Of a DNA stretch of 10,958 nt, positions 1 to 6,727 are shown in pieces. The stretch's first letter is position 1; each line of letters opens with the position of its first letter. Position numbers and translations under genes: made by a program. The notes beneath the pieces were generated by a model. That model was not told the origin of the DNA, ran no database searches, and saw nothing but the letters and a program-made list of their open reading frames with translations. Origin of the DNA: an uncultured bacterium (GTDB lineage Bacteria > SAR324 > NAC60-12); contig CAXGMD010000092.1 in assembly GCA_964010765.1 (NCBI GenBank), forward strand, positions 1 to 10,958. The letters run 5' to 3'.

Positions 1-2
1 AT

Positions 3-692
3 CGATTTATTGAATCATTTAATAACACATTAATTTTCACATTTTTTACAATACCAGCAGAATTACTAATTGGCCTATTCATTGCGGTATTATTAAATAA
101 AGAATTCAAATTCAGAGGAATTGTTAGGGTAGCTATATTATTTCCATGGGCACTACCAACTGCACTAAATGCAATAATGTGGAGATGGATGTTTAATACT
201 GAATTTGGAGTAATCAACTATGGGCTGATTAGTGCTGGACTGATTGAAAATAAACTTAACTGGCTTGGTAAAGAACCATTGGCCATGATTGCGATGATGT
301 CTGTTTCCACCTGGAAAACAAGCTCGTTTATGGCACTCTTACTATTAGCTGGATTGCAAACAATACCAAAAGATTTATATGAAAGTGCAAAAATCGATGG
401 AGCCAGTGACTTCAAATCATTTTGGTTTATAACACTTCCATTATTAACGCCTGCAATTATCGTCTCTCTGCTACTGAGAACTATGGATGCACTTAGAGTT
501 TTTGAACTTCCATTTAACCTTACTGATGGTGGCCCGCTAAATACAACTGAAACTATTTCATTGTATTCATATCGAGTACTTTTCGAATTTGTTGAGTTTA
601 ACTATGGATCTAGCATGGTAATAATTCAATTTATTTTAATCATGATTATGAGTTTAATTTACATTAAATCAATCAAAAATATAGATTATTAA
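3..692 (+). CDS. Carbohydrate ABC transporter permease, MalF/UgpA (CUT1) type; 5' end lies outside the window
   Basis: The frame of ORF 177..692 stays open upstream to position 3 (RFIESFNNTLIFTFFTIPAELLIGLFIAVLLNKEFKFRGIVRVAILFPWALPTALNAIM-WRWMFN). It has hydrophobic segments, the EAA loop (AGLQTIPKDLYESAKIDGA..FWFITLPLL) and the C-terminal TDGGPLNTTETISLY motif typical of CUT1 permeases. Confidence 0.95.
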   Translation, partial: RFIESFNNTLIFTFFTIPAELLIGLFIAVLLNKEFKFRGIVRVAILFPWALPTALNAIMWRWMFNTEFGVINYGLISAGLIENKLNWLGKEPLAMIAMMSVSTWKTSSFMALLLLAGLQTIPKDLYESAKIDGASDFKSFWFITLPLLTPAIIVSLLLRTMDALRVFELPFNLTDGGPLNTTETISLYSYRVLFEFVEFNYGSSMVIIQFILIMIMSLIYIKSIKNIDY

Positions 693-723
693 ATCTTACG
701 TTAACAAAATTAATTTTTCATCA

Positions 724-1554
724 ATGCAATCAAAATTAAAAATAAATTTTTTGATTTATTTTTTATCATTTATAGTTGTATTAGTATCTTTCTTCCCAAT
801 TGTTTGGTTACTTTTTACATCACTAATGCCGGCTAAAGATATTTACGCCTGGCCACCTAAACTCTTCCCCTCTCCTGGCACTTTCAATAATTATGTAACT
901 ATATTCAATAATTCTCCGGAACTACTGAGATATATTCTCAATAGTACTATTATTGCTATATTTACTACAGTCACGATCATTCTATTTGGTGGACTAGCTG
1001 CTTATGCACTTGTAAGAATTAAGTTTAAGGGAAGCTTTGCTATTATGCTTGGCATGCTTGCTGTTTCAATGTTTCCAAATATTGCAATACTTCCAGCAAT
1101 ATTTATGGTTTTTAAGAAACTAAATCTCATTAATTCGTATCCATCATTAATTATAGCTCATACTGGTTTGTTTATTACAATGGCAATATGGATTTTAGCT
1201 AATTATATTCGTACTATACCTTTCGAGATTGAGGATGCTGCAAAGATTGATGGCTGTGGACCCTTTGGTATATTTTGGAGAATAATCCTGCCTTTATCTA
1301 AACCAGGAATTTTCGCTACTGGATTGATTGTATTTATTTTTTCTTGGAATGAATTTCCTCTTTCCTTAGTTCTTCTTCATGATAACGATATGCGAACTGC
1401 TCCGGTTGGCATTTCACTTTACCCTGGAGAGTATTCATTTCCCTGGGAAACAATCAGTACTGCAACTTTTCTCTCAATTATTCCAGTTTTGATAATTACA
1501 GGTATTTTTCAAAAGCAAATTATTGGTGGTCTTACTTCGGGATCTAATAAATAA
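724..1554 (+). CDS. Carbohydrate ABC transporter permease, MalG/UgpE (CUT1) type
   Basis: 276 aa, multiple transmembrane stretches, N-terminal FFPIVWLLFTSL, YILNSTIIA, EAA loop IPFEIEDAAKIDGC..IILPLSKPG, FSWNEF and C-terminal FQKQIIGGLTSG. Confidence 0.96.
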   Translation: MQSKLKINFLIYFLSFIVVLVSFFPIVWLLFTSLMPAKDIYAWPPKLFPSPGTFNNYVTIFNNSPELLRYILNSTIIAIFTTVTIILFGGLAAYALVRIKFKGSFAIMLGMLAVSMFPNIAILPAIFMVFKKLNLINSYPSLIIAHTGLFITMAIWILANYIRTIPFEIEDAAKIDGCGPFGIFWRIILPLSKPGIFATGLIVFIFSWNEFPLSLVLLHDNDMRTAPVGISLYPGEYSFPWETISTATFLSIIPVLIITGIFQKQIIGGLTSGSNK

Positions 1555-1565
1555 ATTATAGTTCT

Positions 1566-2672
1566 ATGAAACAAATTAAATCTCTTATCACTGAAAAATT
1601 AATTCAATTCACCAATGGATTGATTGATCAAGAAAAAGCTAGAGTCATTATTCCAGCAAATGATCAGAAAAAAGGATATTGGTTTGGCGGCGGCAATATG
1701 ATCTCTGATGAGTTAGGCAACCTTTGGCTAATAGGTAGGTATCGAGATCATGGAGATTCCAGAACAGGAGTAGGAGCCGGACTTCGTGGACTCGAATTGT
1801 CACTGTTTAAGTCTGAGGATAATGCTAGTTCCTTTCGTAAAGTAATGAGCTGGTCTAAATCTGATCTAGAAAATGATGACTTTAGAGTTCTCTCCATTGA
1901 AGGTTCAGCACTCAATAGACTCTCTGATAGCACCTGGGAAATATTTTATTCCGTTGAGAAATCTCGTGAGTATCCCCAAAGCTTATCGGGTTATCAGAAA
2001 CAAGGTACTGGGGTCTGGTCTGTTGGTAGGATCACTACTAACTCACTATCTGATTTCAATAACTCCACGAATGATGAACTTCTTATATGTGCTGAAAAAT
2101 TTGAACACCTGCACGTCAAGGATCCTTTAGTTTTGGGTTCCAAGTCTTGTGATATTCTTTTTTGCACACACCCTTTTACCTGGACATCTGGTAGTACTGG
2201 TTATGCTAAGAGAAATGAATCTAACGGTTTTGACATTGCAGACTGGTGTATTGTTGAAAAGGGCCATGCCTGGGATATTGCTACTACCCGCATCACAACA
2301 AGACTTTCCTTACCCCAAGTCGGTCTATTTGCCGATTTAGCACCATGCTCTATTTATTTTTTTGACGGTGCTGAATGTATGAACGAACTACCTCAAAATG
2401 CTTCTGGACGCCAAAGACCTCGGGGCTATTCCTGCGAAGAACTCAGTGGTATTTATTTTGGCTTTGACGAAGATTTTCCTACCTTACAGAAAATATCTAT
2501 TCTGCATCCCCACTTCATATCTCCATGGGGTACCGGTTGTAGTCGTTATGTAGATTCCCTCGTAACAGATGACGGAATTCATGTTACTTGGCAGCAATCA
2601 CAGAAAAATCAATCTCAACCACTAGTTCATAACTTCCTCTCCAATAGCCAGATTTCAGACTTGCTGTCATGA
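1566..2672 (+). CDS. Uncharacterised protein, putative beta-propeller glycoside hydrolase/sialidase-like
   Basis: 368-aa ORF starting 11 nt after the permease stop, with no signal peptide. It is beta-strand rich, with a degenerate Asp-box (SEDNASSF, 1812-1835), HVKDPLV (like the RDP/KDP motif of five-bladed propeller GHs) and SRYVD near the C-terminus. The CDS is solid, but the function is inferred. Confidence 0.6.
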   Translation: MKQIKSLITEKLIQFTNGLIDQEKARVIIPANDQKKGYWFGGGNMISDELGNLWLIGRYRDHGDSRTGVGAGLRGLELSLFKSEDNASSFRKVMSWSKSDLENDDFRVLSIEGSALNRLSDSTWEIFYSVEKSREYPQSLSGYQKQGTGVWSVGRITTNSLSDFNNSTNDELLICAEKFEHLHVKDPLVLGSKSCDILFCTHPFTWTSGSTGYAKRNESNGFDIADWCIVEKGHAWDIATTRITTRLSLPQVGLFADLAPCSIYFFDGAECMNELPQNASGRQRPRGYSCEELSGIYFGFDEDFPTLQKISILHPHFISPWGTGCSRYVDSLVTDDGIHVTWQQSQKNQSQPLVHNFLSNSQISDLLS

Positions 2673-2729
2673 CCGATACTTCTGCTTCCTTTTGTAAAAT
2701 TGGTCAGTCTTCCTTTGCAGTGAAAACCA

Positions 2730-3467
2730 ATGAAGTTTGATTCCAAGAATGTTTTGATCACCGGTGCCGGCCGTGGAATTGGACGAGCTCTTGCTGTGGC
2801 CTTCGCTAAAGAAGGTTCATTTGTTGGGTGTTTAGCACGTACACATGGGGAAGTTCTTTCAACTGTCGAGGATATTCAAAGTTCTGGGGGCAAAGCTGAG
2901 GCACTCATTACAGATGTAAGTGATTTTGATGCAGTCTCTGAAACCATTTCTGCTTTTGGCTCTTCTTGCCAAAGTATTGATATTCTCTTCCTAAATGCTG
3001 GTATTTCAGTTGATCGTGAACGGCTCGAAAACAGTAATCCAGCTAACTGGAAGAAGGTTATTGATGTGAATTTGACTGGCGCCTACTACTGTGCGTTCGC
3101 AGCTTTGCCTTATCTTAAGAAAGCCGAGCATGCTAAAATCATTACGATTGGTTCCGGACTTGGTCACTCCGGTGAAGCAGGCAATTCAGCATATTGTGTA
3201 TCGAAAGCTGGCCTCTGGATGCTGACAAGGGTACTTGGCGAAGAGCTAAAACCCCATCGAATCTCAGTCAATGAGTTGATCCCGGGCCCTGTCAAAACAT
3301 ACCAAAGTAGCCAAAGGTCGCAGAATCCTAATGACTCACTATTCGACCCAAACAATGAGTGGATCAAAGAACCTGAGGATGTTATCCCCTTAGCTTTTTT
3401 CCTGGCCTCTCAACCTCCACAAGGCCCTTCATCTCAGACATTCAGTTTGACTCGCCGCAAGATATAA
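2730..3467 (+). CDS. Short-chain dehydrogenase/reductase (classical SDR), probably NADP(H)-preferring
   Basis: TGAGRGIG Rossmann motif, NAG motif, NLTG Asn, GSG Ser, YCVSK catalytic YxxxK and VNELIPGPVKT. It has basic residues in the Gly motif and after beta2 (CLART), with no acidic residue there. Confidence 0.95.
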   Translation: MKFDSKNVLITGAGRGIGRALAVAFAKEGSFVGCLARTHGEVLSTVEDIQSSGGKAEALITDVSDFDAVSETISAFGSSCQSIDILFLNAGISVDRERLENSNPANWKKVIDVNLTGAYYCAFAALPYLKKAEHAKIITIGSGLGHSGEAGNSAYCVSKAGLWMLTRVLGEELKPHRISVNELIPGPVKTYQSSQRSQNPNDSLFDPNNEWIKEPEDVIPLAFFLASQPPQGPSSQTFSLTRRKI

Positions 3468-3475
3468 ATTTGAGG

Positions 3476-3495
3476 GTTGGCACGATTGTGCCAAC
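3476..3495 (+). terminator. Perfect 8-bp inverted repeat just after the SDR stop; terminator-like hairpin or protein-binding palindrome
   Basis: GTTGGCAC (3476-3483) GATT GTGCCAAC (3488-3495), extendable by G-U pairs. Only a weak U-tract follows (TTCAGTCTCT). Confidence 0.45.
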
Positions 3496-3695
3496 TTCAG
3501 TCTCTCAACTGTAGGTTCAGGCATTACGAAGCAAGGCTACATCGACGAACACCTTGCTGCGGCAAGTCCAACCATATTAGAAGCTTCTTTAAAATTACTA
3601 TTCTACAAGCTGCGCATTGCTTAAGCCCCAACGCCCAGTTATTTCCTTACTCTTGCGAACTTCTAAATTTATTTCTGTTCTACCAATAATTTTTG

Positions 3696-3724
3696 TTGAC
3701 TTGTTTGACGGGACTTCTTAGTTT
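3696..3724 (+). promoter_or_regulatory. Candidate sigma70 promoter of the CUT2/aldolase/kinase operon
   Basis: TTGACT (3696-3701), 17-nt spacer, TAGTTT (3719-3724, which keeps the T, A and final T of TATAAT), preceded by an AT-rich tract and about 100 nt upstream of the likely ATG at 3827. Confidence 0.45.
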
Positions 3725-3826
3725 TTGGCATTCGCTCGCTAATCGAGCTTTTGCCCATGTTGCTGAAGAATCTTTGTGAATGAACTCATTGCTTCTTTAT
3801 CAACAGACTCCAAACTAGGAAAATTT

Positions 3827-4813
3827 ATGAAAAAGATCGGATCAGCATTTCGCCTGTTGCTCTGTGGTTTTGTGTTATTAGCTATGACCAGCTTGGTTCA
3901 AGCTGGTGGTCACAAAAAACTTACCATTGCTCTGATTCCAGGGCTAACAACAGATGCATTTTACATCACGATGCGTAAGGGCGCTGAGCTAGCCGCAAAA
4001 GGCTTGGGAGTAGAGTTGATGTTTCAGGGAGCTCCAGATTTCAACCCAACCCTGCAGGTACCTGTCCTGAATTCTGTAATCGCCAAAAAACCTGATGCAA
4101 TCCTGATTGCTCCAACAGATAAGCAGCAACTTATTTCCCCGCTGAAGGCCGCCCATGACGCAGGAATTGTTGTGGTGACTGTCGATACTTTTATTGATGA
4201 TGGCAATTATCAGGATGGTTCTGGTATGGGTGACTTCCCAATGTCTTATGTTGCTTCTGACAACGTGCTTGGTGGGAAAATGGCAGCTCGAGCACTTGCC
4301 AAGGCAATTGGTGAGAAAGGGAAAGTCTACGTCTCCAACGTCCGACCTGGTATTTCCACCACGGACCAGCGGGAAGAGGGCTTCAAGATGGAGATTCAAA
4401 ATTATCCCAACATCACCTTATTGAACACCCAGTACAATGACAACGATGCAAACAAGGCTGCAGCTCAGTTACAGGCAGTTGCCGCCCGTAACCAAGACAT
4501 TGCTGGCGTCTTCGGAGCAAATCTCTTCTCTGCAGTTGGTGCAGCTGACGGTGTGAAGGCCTTGGGCAAGGGTGGTCAGATCAAGGTTGCTGCCTTCGAT
4601 GCTCCATCTCGCATCGTGAATGACATCAACAATGGATTAATTGATTTGGCCATTGCTCAGCATCCAGCAGAGATCGGCTACTATGGAGTGATGACGGCTT
4701 ACGCAGTGCTGATGAAGCAGTCTGTGCCCATTTCGATCGGTACTGGCTTCACTGTGATGGACAAGTCCAATATCAATGATCCTGAAATCAGCAAGTACGT
4801 TTATTCTGACTGA
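3827..4813 (+). CDS. Monosaccharide ABC transporter periplasmic binding protein (RbsB/PBP1, CUT2)
   Basis: Start moved from GTG 3776 to ATG 3827 because AGGA lies at 3817-3820 and MKKIGSAFRLLLCGFVLLAMTSLVQA is a typical Sec signal peptide. It has the RbsB-like motifs PDAILIAP, VVTVD, VASDNVLGG, REEGF, AAFDA and IAQHP. Confidence 0.95.
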   Translation: MKKIGSAFRLLLCGFVLLAMTSLVQAGGHKKLTIALIPGLTTDAFYITMRKGAELAAKGLGVELMFQGAPDFNPTLQVPVLNSVIAKKPDAILIAPTDKQQLISPLKAAHDAGIVVVTVDTFIDDGNYQDGSGMGDFPMSYVASDNVLGGKMAARALAKAIGEKGKVYVSNVRPGISTTDQREEGFKMEIQNYPNITLLNTQYNDNDANKAAAQLQAVAARNQDIAGVFGANLFSAVGAADGVKALGKGGQIKVAAFDAPSRIVNDINNGLIDLAIAQHPAEIGYYGVMTAYAVLMKQSVPISIGTGFTVMDKSNINDPEISKYVYSD

Positions 4814-4828
4814 TTCCTTTCCTAATCA

Positions 4829-4857
4829 CAGAAAGTTGCCACTAAAGCAACTTTCTG
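4829..4857 (+). other. Perfect 11-bp stem-loop downstream of the binding-protein gene (mRNA stabiliser or leaky terminator)
   Basis: CAGAAAGTTGC (4829-4839), 7-nt loop CACTAAA, GCAACTTTCTG (4847-4857); no poly-U tail. Confidence 0.7.
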
Positions 4858-4866
4858 ATGGCTCTA

Positions 4867-4943
4867 GGGTGCGTTCTCTCCAAATCATTTGCACAGAGGA
4901 TCCATTCCTTCTAGCTTCCTCCCTGAGGAATGGACACGCACCC
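4867..4943. other. Nested inverted repeats predicted to fold as a three-way junction
   Basis: GGGTGCGT (4867-4874)/ACGCACCC (4936-4943), TCCATTCCT (4901-4909)/AGGAATGGA (4926-4934), and a weaker TCTCT (4875-4879)/AGAGG (4895-4899). Confidence 0.55.
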
Positions 4944-4981
4944 GATCAAAACTCTCGCTCACCACTCCTGAGAAGTGCCTG

Positions 4982-5962
4982 ATGAAACTGGATGTGATCC
5001 GTTCGATATGGCCTTGGTTGTTTCTCCTGTCAATGTCGATATTTTTCGAAGTATGGGCACGCCTCGCCTACGACACCTCTTTTCTGTTCAACCTCTTCAA
5101 TATTCAGAGCATTCTGACTTTCGCTGCTGCTCCCCTACTACTTGGGATTGGTGTAACCTTTGTGATCATTGCTGGAGGAATCGATCTATCCATCGGATTT
5201 GCGATGGGATTCGCTGCTGTTGTATTTGCTACGATCACTTCTAGTCTCGGGGGACAGGATCCTCTTGTCGCCCTTTTTATTGGTGTAATTGCCACTATGT
5301 TGATCGTGATGGTGCCTGGAATGGTTAACGGTTGGCTGATTGCCGGTCTACATATTCCCCCCTTCATCGGCACCCTTGGAATGTACGGTGTAGCCCGAGG
5401 ACTTGGGTTTATTGTGGCCGATGGAGTGACTGTTCCAGTGAATAACCCGATTCTCTTCCAATTGGGTACTACCAAAATTTTTGGACTGATTCCTATTCCG
5501 GTCCTGATCACGGCCATTGTTGTTCTCATCGCCCACTTTGTCCTGTCACAGACTCGATTCGGTCAGTACACCTACGCTATTGGAGGAAATCGAGAAGCCG
5601 CTCTACGGGCTGGGATCAATGTAAAACGACACACCCTGTTGCTCTACATGATTTCTGCTGGATTTGCTGGTCTAGCCGGATTGATTTATACCGCCCGCTT
5701 CTCAGCTGGTGCTGCCCAAGCTGGGGAACCACTACTACTTGATTCTATTGCGGCAGTCTTCATTGGAGGAGCCAGTTTCTTCGGGGGCTCAGGAAGAATC
5801 TTTGGAACTGTTATCGGAGCTCTGGTGATTGCTATCATTCAGTTTGGACTCGTCTTTGTGGATGTTGAGCCCTTCTGGCAGTTCCTGGCTGTGGGGATCG
5901 TGATCATCGTGGCTGTATTGGTCGATCAGTCCCGTACACGCATATCCAACGGAGGCAAATGA
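4982..5962 (+). CDS. Monosaccharide ABC transporter permease (RbsC family)
   Basis: GVTFVIIAGGIDLSIG, HIPPFIGTLG, TRFGQYTYAIGGNREAALRAGINV, LDSIAAVFIGGASFFGGSG. The start is likely ATG 4982, since the TTG-4889 extension is non-membrane-like and crosses the structured spacer. Confidence 0.96.
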   Translation: MKLDVIRSIWPWLFLLSMSIFFEVWARLAYDTSFLFNLFNIQSILTFAAAPLLLGIGVTFVIIAGGIDLSIGFAMGFAAVVFATITSSLGGQDPLVALFIGVIATMLIVMVPGMVNGWLIAGLHIPPFIGTLGMYGVARGLGFIVADGVTVPVNNPILFQLGTTKIFGLIPIPVLITAIVVLIAHFVLSQTRFGQYTYAIGGNREAALRAGINVKRHTLLLYMISAGFAGLAGLIYTARFSAGAAQAGEPLLLDSIAAVFIGGASFFGGSGRIFGTVIGALVIAIIQFGLVFVDVEPFWQFLAVGIVIIVAVLVDQSRTRISNGGK

Positions 5963-6696
5963 TGCTGGAAGTCAAGGGAGTTTCTAAGCACTTCGGTGGA
6001 GTTAAAGCGCTTAACAGCGTCAGCATGAATCTCCAGGCAGGAGAAGTACTGGCGCTAGCTGGGGATAATGGAGCCGGCAAATCCACGCTGATCAAGATCA
6101 TTTCTGGAGTGCATGCCCCTGATACGGGCTCCCTAGCCTATCAGGGACAGCCTCTCCGTGCTAATTCACCTCTACAAGCCCGCAACCTAGGAATTGAGAC
6201 GATCTATCAAGATCTGGCGCTAGCAGACAATCTGGATGTGGGTGCTAATATCTTTTTGGGAAGGGAGCCAATGAAATCCTTCCTAGGAATGACAAAGGTT
6301 ATTGATCGTCAAAAGATGCTCAAGGAATCAAGAGAGGTTCTGCATTCACTGGATATTGAAATCCCGGAGAGTTCTCTGGAACAACCTGTACGTAATTTGT
6401 CTGGAGGGCAACGACAAGCGATTGCGATCAGTCGCGCAATCTATTGGAATGCAAAATTACTCATCATGGACGAACCAACTGCCGCTTTGGGAGTACCAGA
6501 GCAGCGCAAAGTGCTAGAGTTAATCGACAAACTACGCTCACAAAAAATTGGAATCATCTTCATTTCACACAACCTGAATGATATTTTCGCAGCCTCAGAC
6601 CGGATTCTCATTCTGCGGCAGGGACGTGTGGTGGGAGAGAACAAAATCAGCGAAACCAGTCGAGAAGAAGTAGTCAGTCAAATGGTGTCTGGCTGA
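5959..6696 (+). CDS. Sugar ABC transporter ATP-binding protein, single-domain (FrcA-like)
   Basis: Walker A GDNGAGKS, Q-loop IYQDLAL, signature LSGGQRQ, Walker B LIMDEPTAALG and H-loop ISHN. It has an ATGA overlap with the permease stop and a GGAGG RBS upstream. Confidence 0.97.
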   Translation: MMLEVKGVSKHFGGVKALNSVSMNLQAGEVLALAGDNGAGKSTLIKIISGVHAPDTGSLAYQGQPLRANSPLQARNLGIETIYQDLALADNLDVGANIFLGREPMKSFLGMTKVIDRQKMLKESREVLHSLDIEIPESSLEQPVRNLSGGQRQAIAISRAIYWNAKLLIMDEPTAALGVPEQRKVLELIDKLRSQKIGIIFISHNLNDIFAASDRILILRQGRVVGENKISETSREEVVSQMVSG

Positions 6697-6727
6697 AACG
6701 CGATATATTCACAGTGAGGAGTATTTG

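Noticed and set aside
3477..3491. TTGGCACG...TGC as a sigma54 -24/-12 promoter (also TGGCA...CGC at 3726-3739)
   Set aside because: The GG-to-GC spacing is 9 nt in both cases, whereas sigma54 strictly requires 10.
3530..3558. 7-bp inverted repeat AGCAAGG/CCTTGCT
   Set aside because: The 15-nt loop, absence of a U-tract and short stem are compatible with chance.
3477..3689. 70-aa ORF in the intergenic region
   Set aside because: TTG start buried in the palindrome, Cys/His/Arg-rich non-protein-like composition, and no recognisable motif.
3776..3826. N-terminal extension of the binding protein from GTG 3776
   Set aside because: The RBS and signal peptide both point to ATG 3827.
4776..4982. 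68-aa ORF and the TTG-4889 permease extension across the spacer
   Set aside because: No RBS or family features; the region is better explained by RNA structure and a start at 4982.
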